Positions 12,315-25,600 of a stretch of 64,000 bases of DNA are shown here, piece after piece; positions within the stretch are counted from its first letter, which is position 1, and the number at the start of each line of letters is the position of its first letter. Origin of the DNA: Cyanophora paradoxa CCMP329. Its lineage: Eukaryota > Plantae > Glaucophyta. The DNA is taken from contig QPMI01000627.1 of assembly GCA_004431415.1 (NCBI GenBank), positions 62,001-126,000 on the forward strand. The letters run 5' to 3'. The notes below the pieces were generated by a model. The model searched no databases and had not been told where the DNA came from. It saw only the letters and a program-made list of their open reading frames with translations. The position numbers and the translations under genes are program-made.

Positions 12315-13016
12315 TGGACGGCCCGCCGGTGTGGGCGCAGTTTCTCTCAGCGGCTTCGAATTCTTTCAGCGGCTTCTTTCAGAGATTATTCCAGGAGATA
12401 GATTATGCGTTCAGCGTGTCCATTGTGTAATGTTATTCGCCCGCGTGATTTGTGTTATTTTGGAATTTTATTTTGGACTCTCTTGAACTCGGCCGCGGAG
12501 ATTCAGTGTGTGACTCAGTGTGTGACTCAGTGCCGCACTGCGGCCAATTGCAAGCTCGAGGAGTCCGACATGTCGATTAAAATTAAAAGTCGTGTTCGAT
12601 AATATTGTCGTTCACACGTGCACAGCATTACTCTAGATCTAGCTATGATACCGTAGTAGTACAAGACCGTGGGGCCGAGCGCGCGCGCGTCCCGCCTGTC
12701 CGGCTGCACTATGCATATGACATTTGAAAAGCACTGCTGCGACTCGCGGCGAGTCAAAAGAGAAAACGTCCTCTATCGCTAGCCTGCATGCGAAACGGAA
12801 AGTGGACTGCACAATTGCAAAGATCATGAATTCGAGACTGACGGCGAGTCGCGCCGCACCGCCTGTTCTGTGTGCGGCGCGGGCCGCCAGTGTGGCAGGC
12901 GGGCCTCGGAGACGAACGCCGAGCCGGGTCGGGCCGAGGTGCTTTGAGGGAATCGATGGAAGGCAGAGTCGGGGGCGCGGCCCGCGGGCCGCGGGCCGCC
13001 AAGCCCGATCCCCCCC

Positions 13017-16000
13017 TTAGAACTTCTTCTGCTGGCCCTCGTACACGATCTGAAGGGGGGGCGAAAGATGGGACTCGGTGAGCACATGTACAAGAAAGAA
13101 ACCAACCCAACCCAATATTAGGTTTTAGGATTTTACTATGGTACTTAGGTTCTAGCTATAGGTTTCATATGTTTGAAGGTTTTAAGGTTCAACGGTTAAT
13201 GGTACTTAGGTTTTAGCAGAAGAAGCCTAAGCCGCGGATCGGAGAGGGTCGGACCTGGTGGGCGAAGAAGACCTTCATCCATTCGGCAAGGCGGGAGCGC
13301 GTGTCGATGCGGCACTCGCAGTTGATGCCGCCGTCGTCGTTCCACGCCCGGTACTGCGCTCGTTCGGAATTCATGAGCCTCGGGTTGCGAATCCGGAGTG
13401 ACTGGGTACGATGAGTGAGGGAGGGCGGACCTGGACGAAGCCCTCGCCCGAGGCCTGGACCTCGAAGCTCACCCGGTGGTCCTTCATCCCTGCGCGCGCC
13501 CCCGCCGCGTCAGATTCATGATCAGGGCTCACGGATACTATCTCCAACGTTCACTTGACTCTGACATTAATATTCAACTGCTTCGGATCCTCGCTATAGT
13601 TCGATCAGTATTTCCAAGCGCGCGGACCCTTCCAGGTGGTGCCGTGGACCTCCTCGCGGTCGCGCTCGAAGGGCGCCTCGTGGCTCGCCAGCGTCTGGAA
13701 CGCCTCCTTCACGTACGGCACGCACCTGCGCGCAGGCCCCGGGGCCGCCCGGCCGGAGGTTAGCATAGGGTGTAGCTAGCTAGCTTAGAGCTAGATCTAG
13801 AGTTGTCGAAGTTTGCATTTGTTCGATCAAGCGGGCGCACCGGAAGATGTCGGAGAGCTCCTTGCTCTGGGAGAACTTGAGGCAGGCGCAGTAGAGCTCC
13901 AGCCCGGACTGCGGGGGCGGCTCATGATCAGCGATTCGGTGCGGCGAGGCTCAGCAGATCTAGAGAAGACGGAAATCCCTAGAAAGATAGAAAGAAAGTC
14001 CTAGAAACGGTCCTGCATCTTTCTTTTGAGGCGAGAGGCCTCAGCGATTTGGTGCGGCGAGGCTCAAGGCTTCAGGGAGGGGAGGGGCGGGCGGGGGGAC
14101 CTGGGAGCGGGCGAGGAGGGCGTCCTAGAAAGTCCGACGGTCCTATCTACACGGTCCTATCTAGAAAGTCCTAGAAAGTCCGATGGGGGGCGGGAAGGCG
14201 AACCTGGGAGCGCGCGAGGAGGGCGTCGATGACGGCGTCGGGGCCGGCGGCCGGCGAGGGCAGCTGCGAGGTGCAGCCGGCGTTGAGCAGCACGCCCACG
14301 TACCTGCGGGGGCGAGGCAAGACCGTCAGAGGCAGACAGGGCAGACAGACAGATGCTGGGCGTTCTGGAGGAGAACTAAGGAACTCGGGGGGCGTGCGGA
14401 CTTGGCCTTGGGGGGCCGGAAGGGCGTGGAGACGCGGTAGAGGCGGAGTGCGTCCTCGTCCGTCTCGAACTCGACGCACACCAGCGCCGCCTGCGCGGGG
14501 GGCACGACGAGAATCAGAGAGAGGGCGCGGAGGCGGGGGCGCAGAGGCTCAGAGAGAGTGGGGGGGCTGGGGATTCTATCCAATTCGCGCGCGCACGCGG
14601 GCGGGGGCCCGCGCGGGCCCAGATAGAGAGGGCGGGGTGGGGGCGCAGCGCTCTATGTATCCGATTCTATCCACTCCGGCGCGGCACGCGCGGGCCAGCG
14701 CCGGCACACGGGCGGGGGGGCGGACCTGCCAGCCGGGGTACTGCGAATCCAGGTCCGCCGCGAAGCCGGGCAGCTGGTCCCGGAGCTCCGAGTAGGCGAA
14801 GAGGGTCGACGGCTCCCACAGGCACAGCGCCCTGCGCGCGAATGTGTGAGGATGCGGAACGCTTCGAAATCGCTCGAGCTTGAGCTTATTGTGTGGAGCG
14901 CTCGAGCTTGAGCTTATTATATGAGAGATTGCTTGAGCTTGAGCTTAAACTAAATTAAAGCTGGCTGAGGTGTGTGGACGGCGCGGCGGACCGGCGCTGG
15001 GAGGTGCGGATGGCGTCGATGTCGGAGAAGCCGCGGGCCAGCTTCCGCGCGACGACCTGGCGGATCGAATGCGAGCGAGGTGAGGAGGAGTCGAGTGGGA
15101 TCGAGGGAGAAATTTTATATAAGCAAGTAGGGGCGACCTGCGAGTCGTAGGCCCAGGAGATCATCGCGGCGTCCGAGTCCGAGCCGCTGCTGAGGTCGAA
15201 CATCTCCTCGGCGCCCAGGAAGCGCGTCCAGTCGGGGTACTGCAGGTACGCCGCCGCGCTCTCGCTGTACCCCCCGACGACGACGCGCCCCGGGCCGTAC
15301 ATGTCGCTCGGGTCCTCCGTGGGGGGCGCGTAGCGGCGGGCGCCCTCGTACAGGTCGTGGATGAGCTGGGATTAAATTAAACCAAACCACGCGAGAATCT
15401 CTAGAGCTTAAGCTTAAAGAGGATGGCGGACCTTGAGGCACTTGGGGTGGCCCGGCGTGCACCCGACGACGGCGCCGCGCTCGAGGAAGCCGGCGGCGTT
15501 GGGGAGGAGCGCGTCGGGGAGGCCCGACCAGACGACGTTCTGCGGGACGAAGTAGCCGCCGTGGCGGTAGATGAGCTCCAGTCCCAGCAGCCTCACGCCG
15601 AGGTCGCTGCGCGAGGGAAGACGAAGAGATCAGATAAACTTGTCGGATTCAGGCTTGAACTAGATGAGATCAGTTTAGCTCAAGCTTTTGCAATGTTTGG
15701 ATCCAGGTCTAGCACATTGGTCCATATATAGATCTAGAAGACGTGATTCTTGTTAGATCAGAACTCAAATCAAACGCACCTCATGGGGCGGGCGCGGTCG
15801 AGGGTGTAGAGGTTGGAGCAGTAGTACGACTCGCCCTTCATGTCCTCCAGCGTCCACGAGCGGTACGAGAAGGCCGCGTTCGCCTTCACAAAGTCCTCGT
15901 ACCTGTTGACAGCGGTTGATTAATAACAATATAATGATATATCGATCAATGTGAAGAGAGTGATTACTATAGGATCGATTACTTGACGGTTAGGGTACTA

Positions 16001-19000
16001 GACTTATGTTTAGAGCACAAGAGATCGATTACTTGACGGTCAGGATACTAGACTTATGTTTAGAGCACAAGAGATCGATAACTTGACGGTCAGGGTACTA
16101 GACTTATGTTTAGAGCACAAGAGATCGATTACTCGACGGTTAGGGTACTAGACTTATGTTTAGAGCACAAGAGATCGATTACTCGTCGGTTAGGGTACTG
16201 GACTTATGTTTAGGGTGCTAGACTTATGTTTAGAGCACAAGAGATCGATTACTCGACGGTTAGGGTACTAGACTTATGTTTAGGGTGCTAGACTTATGTT
16301 TAGAGCACAAGAGATCGATTACTCGACGGTTAGGGTGCTAGACTTATGTTTAGAGCACAAGAGATCGATTACTCGACGGTTAGGGTACTAGACTTATGTT
16401 TAGAGCACAAGAGATCGATTACTCGACGGTTAGGGTACTAGACTTATGTTTAGAGCACAAGAGATCGATTACTCGACGGTTAGGGTGCTAGACTTCAGTT
16501 TAGACCACAAGAGATCGATAACTTGACGGTTAGGGTACTAGACTTATGTTTAGAGCACAAGAGATCGATTACTCGACGGTTAGGGTACTAGACTTATGTT
16601 TAGAGCACAAGAGATCGATTACTCGACCGTTAGGGTACTAGACTTATGTTTAGAGCACAAGAGATCGATAACTCGACGGTTAGGGCACTAGACTTATGTT
16701 TAGGGTACTAGACTTATGTTTAGAGCACAAGAGATCGATTACTTGACGGTTAGGGTACTAGACTTATGTTTAGAGCACAAGAGATCGACCACTCGACGGT
16801 TAGGATACTAGACTTATGTTTAGAGCACAAGAGATCGATAACTCGACGGTTAGGGTACTAGACTTATGTCTAGAGCACAAGAGATCGATTACTTGACGGT
16901 TAGGGTGCTAGACTTATGTTTAGAGCACAAGAGATCGATTACTCGACGGTTAGGGTACTAGACTTATGTTTAGAGCACAAGAGATCGATTACTCGACCGT
17001 TAGGGTACTAGACTTATGTTTAGAGCACAAGAGATCGATTACTTGACGGTTAGGGTACTAGACTTATGTTTAGAGTACAAAAGATCAGCTACTTGATGGT
17101 TAGGGTACTTACTTGACGGTTAGGGAACTAGACTTATGTTTAGAGTCTCTGATGGTAAGAGTACTAGACTAAATGTTTACGCTAGGTCAAGACTTTATGT
17201 TTGCACGGGACGGCGGGGCGCACCATGTCTTCATCCAGCGCTCGGGGCGTGCCTGGCCGTTCGCCTGGCACACAACCTGCCGAGGGCGGCCGCGGGCCTC
17301 AGAGGCGGCCGGAGCTGGCAAGGATCCCCCCATTAAATTAGATCTGAAGCTGGCAAGGGCAGCTGGATAAACCCGGCCGCCTCTAGTTTGATGGAAGGCT
17401 GCACGCCAGCCAGCTCCGGCCCGGCCGCCTCTAAGATCTAATTTAAGTTGACAGCGTGACAGCCTCGAACGAATTCCATCGAATCTGCTCTCGTCCTTTG
17501 GGGGGCGGATCGGACCTGGTGGACGACGGGGGGGATGGTCTTGGCGTCATGGGCCTTCAGGTTTGCGGGCGTCACGTCGATGTCCGGGAACGCGATCTGG
17601 TGTGCCAGTTCCGTGAGGGGGCGGATGGAGGGCGAGGGGGAAGGGCTCGCGAGGTAGGTGGGTCGCACCAGCTTCCCGAGGGGGAAGGCGCAAGGCTGGC
17701 GCGAGTGGTACTGGCAGCGGAGCGGCCGCATGCACTTGTTGTTGTTCTTGACCCAGCCCTCCAGGCCCGAGCACGTGTACCCGAACTGGAACGCGTAGCT
17801 CTCCGGGAACGCGCTCAGATTGATGGCCGACGGGTTCGGGACTGCACGCGTTCGGGCGGCCCGTTAGGAGGGGCGCGGGGGGAGGGGGGGGGCCGCCGGG
17901 GTACACTGAAAGCGCACTGTAGTGGAACTTGGGGTAGAACCAGACCGAGGGGGGTACGGTCATCGGCACGTTCGTGTGCGCCAGGCACTTGGTGTACGCG
18001 AGCGGGCCCGTGACCCACTCGACGCCGTGGTACGGGCGCTTGTGGGGGTACACCGCGCGGATGTACAGCATCAGCATCTGCGCGCGCATGCCTCCCAGGG
18101 TCAGCCGGGAAGGACAAGCTTTAAGCGCCCAGGGTACGAGCCAGGGCCCGGGTCCGGCTGGCTGACCTTCACGAGGGGGTGGCGAGGGGTCGCCGCGATG
18201 ATCGAGTTTCCGATGACCGAGTACGCCTGCATACCGAGCAGGGCGTCAGATTCTCCTTCTTCTTTCTAAGAGAACTGAAGCAAAGCAACGCCAGGTCAAG
18301 GTAAGATACGGGTCGGTCACCTTGTCCTTGGTGTCCGGCTCGTACGTGATGAAGAAGCCGGTCTCGTTGCCCATCTCCACGGCCTTGTCGATCGACTTCT
18401 TGAGAGAGACCATGTCGGCGTCGATGTACACGCCGCCGTGCTCTGCGGAGGGGGAGGGAGGGAGGGGCGGGCGAGGCGCCCGCGTCAGCGAAGGGGGCAG
18501 GGAAGGTCCGCGCGGTCGCGCTCTTGGTAGAGCGAGCTTAGAGCAGAGCGCTAGCGAAGGGAGCTCGCACCGTAGAGGATCTCGAGGCGCAGGATGTCGG
18601 CCTTGCACTGGTACATCTTCTCCTGGTCGTAAAAGTCGCGCTGCGGGGTACGTGAGGATTGATGAGGGTGGGAATGAGTTCTGGGAGGGTACGCACGTTG
18701 AACATCTTCATCTTCTCGCACTCGGCGTCGGTCCAGAGGCGGTACTCCCAGCCTGAGGCGCCGCCCCGCGTCGGCGCGCCGCGAAAAGGAAACTATCAGA
18801 GTTTGACAGAATACAGCTCACCGGGGTTGTCGTTCTGGTAGTCCACGCGCCTGCGGAGCCGCTCAGAAAAGGAAGCAAAAGGAGGAGCACGGGACGAGAG
18901 CCGCGCACCAGGAGTCGAGCCAGACGCAGGGCGGCTCGCGGGGCCCAATCCAGATCTGATGCATGATCTTGGGGATCTGCGGGCGCAGCCGCGTAAGGCG

Positions 19001-19504
19001 CGCGCGGCGGGCGCCCGGCGGCCGGTGAAGTGGCATGCGCACCTTGGGCTGGTACTTGGCGAGGTACGCGGCGACCTCCTTCTTCCACGCCTGCACGTGC
19101 AGCATCTCGCTTTGTAAGTGGAAAGATCACGCGCAGGCAGCCGGGGAGGGGGCGCACCTCGACATCGGAGGGATCAACGGCGGCCTCGCGCTGCGCGCGA
19201 AGCGCGCCGCGGCGCGGTCAGACATTTAAACGACCATTGACGGGTAGATCTAAACGATAGACCGCAGCGCGCAGCCGCGCCCGCCCGGGATCCGTGGCCG
19301 CATCTCGCGCCCACGCGGCAGTTTCCGAAGTCGGGCAGCGGCGGAGGAGCCGGGGGCCAACGCGACCCGCCGCGCCTTGATTTAGAGTTGCTAGGGCGCA
19401 CGGCCGCTCACCTTGTCCCAGTTGTTGAACTTGGCCAGTGCGGTCAGCTTGACTTCGAGCTGCGGATCGTACTGGTAGATATCCTCCGGCATCGTCGCCG
19501 CCAT
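13017..19504 (-). CDS. GT32-like (DXD, OCH1/SUR1-type) glycosyltransferase with a second degenerate GT32 module and a C-terminal domain; multi-exon
   Basis: First module: IPKIMHQIWIG, WEYRLWTD, KADILRLEIL..HGGVYIDAD, NSIIAATPRHP, VTGP. Second module: IPPVVHQ..WMKTW..YRSWT..LELIYRHGGYFVP. Last exon IVYEGQQKKF-TAA inferred. Confidence 0.8.
15972..17145. repeat. Intronic minisatellite, ~22 x 50 bp
   Basis: Unit gagatcgattactcgacggttagggtactagacttatgtttagagcacaa; three units are 70 bp through an extra 20-mer. Lies in the 1321-nt intron 15903-17223, which splits the codon TG|G of KTW-YEDF. Confidence 0.95.
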
Positions 19505-19698
19505 GGCTAGACGCGGCACTGAGGCCGGGCTCCGAGACGGGCTGTACGTGCGAACGCTTGCTGGCCCGCGAACGAACGAATACCCCCCAAGACGAACACC
19601 CCCGGTCCTAGGCCCTAGGGGGAGTAAGTTGCGCTCCTTTTTTTCCGGAGGCCGGCTCAGACGCGACCAGTTCGTCTGTTCCTGGGGTTCTCGCGGCA

Positions 19699-22600
19699 AT
19701 GCAGAACGCCCTCGACTACGGCGGGCTGCCGATGCGCCTGTCGGTCTCAAAGGCGCCGTCGAGCAACTCGTCGGGCGCCTCGCCGCCTTTGCCGCAAGGC
19801 GGCTACAGCAGCGGCGGCGCGGTAAATCTCTGCAGCAGCGTTCTCTCCCAGCCGACATTCACTACGAGCCCGTTGATCAGCCAGCTATCCGCCGACAGCA
19901 CGAGCGAGGCAGCAACCTCCGTGCCGGGCTCCATCGCGTCGAGCCTGCCGACCACCCCGGGAACATCAGCCGCCAGCCCGTCGAACTCAGCGCCATCGCA
20001 CGGCCCGCAGCTGCACCCTGTCGGCGGGGAGCGCATCCTGAACTGTGGCACCCGCCTTCGCGCAACGCTTTTCACGGAGCACACCCACATGCAGACCGGC
20101 GGTGCGCAATGCGTTTCGTAATTGAGCGTTTCAGTTGGGCTCAGACGCCCCCCAGAGCCCTTCTTCGTTGGAGGCAACCAGGTCGGTTCGCGGCCGCTGC
20201 CCGCCGGGTTTTGCTGAGCGCGTCTCCCGCAGTCCAAGATCGTGCCTTTTCGAGTGGACATCGACGTGCCTCGCATTTCGCGGTCCACGCGGTCCTTCCG
20301 CCCCAACGTTCTCGAGACAGACCTCCACGGTCCTCCAGCGCCGCAGCGCCCGACTAGGACTGCGGCCGCGCCTCTCACGCGCGCCCCGCAGATGAGAAGG
20401 GCGCGCTCATCCCGTTCTACGTGCTCAAGATGCGCGGCCAGGACGTCACGACGGTGCCCTTCCAGTACTGGCTGGTGGCCGAGGATTTCTCGGGGGCCCC
20501 CGTCGTGCGCCGGATCAAATCTCGCTCGGATCAAATCCGGATCGAATCCGAGCCCGCCGCGCCCCGCAGAGGGTCGAGGTGGGAGGGCAGCCCGGGCGCG
20601 CGTGGTCGTCGGGCGAGATCCCGGCCCGCATCACGCCGCTCTCCAGCAAGACGGGAAAGCTCTCGCTCGTCCTGCGCCCGCCGTGCGCCCCTCCCTCCCT
20701 TCCTTGGGAGGCTTCGTTCTGAAATTTTCGCCAGGTTCGACGAGCGGAACGCGGGGGACTGGACCGTGACCGTGCCCAACATCCTGAGCGCGGCCCGGCA
20801 CGACCTGGGCAAGCCCAAGAAGCACCGGGAGGGCGCCGCCAACCGGCCCCCGAAGGCCGCCGGCAGCGCCAACAAGCGCAAGGCCGAGCCGCCGGACGAG
20901 CGCGGTGCGTCCCCCCCCAACTTCACGAACTCGTGATCCCATAGAGCATCGGACTTGCGCAAAATCGACCCCCTCGTCTTGCGCGCGGCTTTCGCCCCTC
21001 ACGCCCCCGCAGTGCCCTCCGTGCCAATCAAGGTCCAGAAAGGATCCCCCACCCCGCCCCCCGACGAGCCCGCGTTCGTCCGTGCGTCCCGTAACCCCCC
21101 TGCCTTCCTTCCCCCTGCTCTGACGTTCTTCCCCCATAGTGGCGGGCACCAGCCACTTCGTGCTGCCGGCGGGCGTACCCTCCCTCGTGCGGCTCTTCGT
21201 CACGCAGACCGTCGGCCGCTCCGCCGGCGTCGGCATCTCCGCCTGCCTCGTTTCCCTGTGCGCCGCGCCGCGCCGTGCCACGCCGCGCCCCCGTTTCTAA
21301 GATATCTTATCTTTGCAAGCTGTTATTATAGAATCCAGTTTTCAATCTTTCTTCTGTTTCTTACGGGTTTTCCTGTCAGGGAGGACGAGACGCGCACGAC
21401 GGGCCTGCGCCCCGCGGCCACCCCCGGCGGCCCGCCCGCCGCCACGCTTGAGGGAGACCTCTGGGGCCAAACGTGCGTATCCCCCTCCCTTCTCTCCCCC
21501 CATCAAAAGCTCCCCTGAGGCTGAGTCTCGTGCAGCTTCGAGATCGAGATGCCTCCGGGGGGGTACGCCGTGCAGGCCTGCGTGAACGGCGTCCCCGCCC
21601 CCCCCGCCACCGACTCTCCCGTCACCGTCCTCTTCTGTGCGCGCCCTGTACCCCGTCGCTTCACCCCCTCCCCCCTTTTCTCTCTCTCTCTCCCTCACTT
21701 CTGATCTCCTTCCCTCGTGCCAAAGGCTCGTTGGGGATCGCGCACCCGCATGCGGGGCAGGCGATTCCGGGGCGTGTCGTACCCTTCCAGATCGCCCTCG
21801 CCGGGTACCCGCGCGTACTCCGTCCTTGATCTGATCTGAGCCGGATCTGAGCCGTCCTCGATCTGAGCCCACTTCAATGCGAGAATCGGCTCCACGGGGC
21901 TGACGCCCACGCGCTTCGTTCTTCGTTCGCAGACCGCGCGAGGCCAGCGGCCTGGACCTCTGCTGCCGCCTCTACCTCTCGGACGGCCGGCGCGTACCCC
22001 CCTCCCTCCTCCTCTCCCCCCTCCCTTATCCCCCTCCCCCCCAGGGTACTGGACGCCGGCCGGGACGCCGAGGTCCACTTCGCGGCGTACGGGCCCCACT
22101 GGGCCAAGGCCCGCGCCCCCCTCCCACCCCCTACCCCCCTCCCCCGCCTTACCCGTACCCCCCCCTTTCAGGTGGAGCTCGTGGACGCGCTGAACGGGGC
22201 GGCGGCGCCGGGCTCCCAGGCCACCATCGCCTCCGCCGCCCTCGGGCCCTGGCAGTGCGCCCCGCCCCGCCCCTTCTGCCCCGCCCCGCCCCTCCCGTCG
22301 TAGCCGGCACGGAGATAGCCGACACGGAGATAGCCGTCCCCTTTTAACGAGATAGCCGTCGTTAGTCGTCGCCGGCACGGATAATATCGATAGCCGTCCC
22401 CGAAAAGAGATAGCTCGAGTCGGTCCGAGCTGAGCCGAGCCGATCTGACGGGGCCCCGCCCCGCCCGTCGTAGCCGCGGCACGGATAGCCGTCCCTAAAT
22501 AGAGATAGATTGCCTTGGCCGAGCCGATCCGAGCCGATCTGACGGGGCGGGCGGGCGGGCAGCACGGAGGTAGTGCTGACGGACGGCCGCCGCTTCTCGA

Positions 22601-25600
22601 CGACCGCCCTCGACCGCCTCCTCCTCCTCGAGGCCCGCCCCCGCCCCGTCCCGCCCTTTTGTAGGCTCTAGACGATGCCTCGCAAGGCTGCGCTCGCTCG
22701 CGTGCCCGCCCGCTCCGCCCCTCCCCACTCTAAGCATTGACGATTCTTCGGCTGACGGCGGCGCCGTCCCCTCCTCCCTCCCTTCCTTCCCTCAGATGGG
22801 GGTGACGGCGCTGACGGCGGCGGAGGGCCCGGCGCCGGCGCACCCGCCCACCTTCGGCATCGCCTCGCCCCGCGTCGACTTCGTGCTCCTGCCCGAGGCG
22901 GGCGCCCTCCTCGTCTCCAAGGCGAGCGAGCGAAAGCCTAGAAGAAGCTTAGCGAACGCGGGGCGAATCAACCTAGAAGAAGTTGCAATTCGTTAACTTC
23001 GATTTAACAAATTAACCTAGAACCAACATCAACTAGCGAATTATAGAGTCTTCAAGGCGCCCTCCCCGTCTCCAAGGCGGGCGAGCGAGCTCTAATCGCT
23101 TAGGATCGTGGATGGGTGGCTCGTGCATGCCTTTTCGTTGCGGGGCCCGCTGGCTGACTGACTGGCGGGCCCGGCGCCCCTCCCCCCCTCGGGCAGAGCG
23201 AGGTGGGGGAGATCGACCTGGACGGCTTCGACATCCCGGACAACTTCTGGGGCGAGCTCGTCGCCCTCCCCGACCTCGGCCCGGGCGCCGGGGGCGCCGG
23301 GGGCGCCGGGGCCGGCGGGGCCGGCGGGGGCGCTGGGGGGTACGGCCCGCAGGACTTTGCACGGTTCCTCGCGAAGCTGGGCGCCGGCCCGACGGACGGC
23401 GCCCCGTTCCGCCGGGCGTTCCGCCGCGCCGCCCGCGCCGCGGCCGCCGCCCGCCCTTCGCCCGCGCGCTCGCCGCGGCCGCCGACCGCGCCGGGCGGAG
23501 CCTCCTCGAGTGCGTCCTCGTACCCCTTCCTCCATCCCTCCCTTCCTCCCATCCTCCGCTCACCGCCCGCCCTCGGCAGGCTCGCGGCCTCCCTCGGGAG
23601 TCCGAGGTGGTTTCCGCCCTCGCGTCGATGTGCGCGTGGGCGCCCGACGCGGCGGCCGCCGCCGCCCGCGCGGCCGCGATGGGCGGCACCGGCTGGCGCT
23701 GGCGGCGCTGCTGGCGGGCGTGGCGACGCCCCAGGAGCTGGAGGGGGCGCGGGCGGCCTGGCCCGGCTACTTCCAGAGGCGCGTTGATCTCCCTGACCGC
23801 CCCGTGGCGCGCCCGGCGGCGCCGCGCGGCGGCGGCGGCGGCGGCGGCGGAAGCGGCGGCGGCGAGTGGTGGCGCGAGGAGGAGGCGAGCGGCGAGAGCG
23901 GGGGGGAGGAGAGCGGGAGCGGGAACGGGGGCGGGGACGGCAACGGCATGGAGATCGACGAAGAGGACGACGCGGCCGAGGGCCCCGAGGGGCCCGACTT
24001 CCTGTCCCTTCTGCCCCCGGAGCTCTGGCGCCTCGTCCTCTCCCGCCTCTCCCCCTTCGAGCTCCGCCCCGTCCGCCTCGCCTGCTCCGCCCTCCGCCGC
24101 TTCGCCGACGAGTCCGAGTCCCGTGCGTGCACGTACCCATCCCCCCTTATCCGTCCCCCTGTACCCCGCCCACTTTCGGCGCAGCGGTGGATGCCGCGGC
24201 TGTGGAGGCGGCCGCCGCTGCGATCCACGCCGCCAACGCGCGCTCCGCCCCCGAGGGACCCCTCCCCCTCCGCGTGCGCCCGTACCCCGTACCCCTTCCG
24301 CTCCCCCCCCTCCCCCAGCGAAGTATTTTCGCCGCAGGCGCCGGGGTCGCTGTACGAGTTCCTCAGGCGAGTCGTCTTCGGGCCCGGCGCGGAGCGCGCC
24401 GCCTGGGGCCGCGTCGTCGCCCGCGTGCGCGTACCCCCCTCTCTTCTCCCCCCCCCTCCCCTTCCTCAAGGCGCCCCGGCAGGCCTGCGAGATGGCGGAG
24501 GGGGACGAGGAGCGGGGGCGGCTACGGGCGGCCCTCGCCTCTACCCCGGCCATGCTCTGGGAGGGCGAGCGCCTCTGGGCCCGCGCCGGCGCCTCCGTGC
24601 GCCCCTCCGCCCCGCTCCCCTTTGCTTCCTCCTTTCTTTCTTACTTGAATGCTTCTTCAGGGCGGGGAGGCGGTGGCGTGGGGCAACCTGCACCGCGCCC
24701 TCTACGCCCGCATGTCGCCCTTCCGATTCACGGACGCCGACTGCGTCGGCGCCCTCGCCATCGGTGCGCAAAAGTCTTATAAGACACTAAATGATTCTAG
24801 CATTAAAATTGCTTAGTGACTCTTTTAAGACCGAGGGCGCCGACTGCGCCGGGGCCCTCGCCATCGGTCCCGCTCGCTGAATTCAGTGGTCACGGGTTGC
24901 TGATCACGAGCGATCCGCAGCGCGGGAGCGGCTCTCGCCGCCCCCGGAGGGGGCCAACCTCGCGGCCCTCCCGGCCCCAGAGTGCGTGCCGCCGGCTCAT
25001 ATTATGATAGCAACAAGGAAACTGTGATGAGAACTTCGCCTGAATCTGCCCTCGCAGGACGCTGCTCTCGCGGGGCGACTTTGCGCAGCTCTGGCCCTGG
25101 CTCTTCCTCGCCCGCCGCACCCTCGCCGCCGTCCGCCCTTCCCTTCCGGCCCCATCCTCCTCTGATCTCACCTGAGTTCGCTTCGTTCGCTCAGACCGCG
25201 GAGCTGTGGGGCCTCCCGGCGCCGGGCCCTGGGACGGGCCCCGGGCACGCGGTGAGCCGGCCGGTGGGCGCCGGCCCCTTCCTCACCCGCCGCGCCGCGG
25301 TGGATCTCCTCGTCGCCGCCTCGCGCCCGGCCCCGGCCGCCGCGCCCAACCCCCGCGGCCAGTCCCCCATCGACCCCGCCGCCCAGGCCGTGCGCTGACG
25401 AGCCCGCTCCGCCCGCCGCCGCCCCGCCCGCCCCGCCGCCCTCTCTGACTGGCGCGCTCGCTCTCTCTTCGTGCTCCTAGGAGGAGAACCCGAGGCCCCT
25501 CATCCTACGCCTCACGTCCCTCCAGTGGCCCGACGCCCTCGCCGGCGCCCTGGGTACGCTCTCACTCGGCGTGACTCACCGGATCGGCGACCCGCCGATG

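Noticed and set aside
15972-17145. CRISPR array
   Set aside because: Units are contiguous near-identical repeats with no unique spacers, lie in a spliceosomal intron, and no cas genes are present.
23033-24782. Long Arg/Pro/Gly-rich ORFs (506, 556 and 346 aa), and similar ones at 11032-12129 and 52847-54604
   Set aside because: Shadow or off-frame ORFs caused by very high GC; they overlap better-supported spliced genes.
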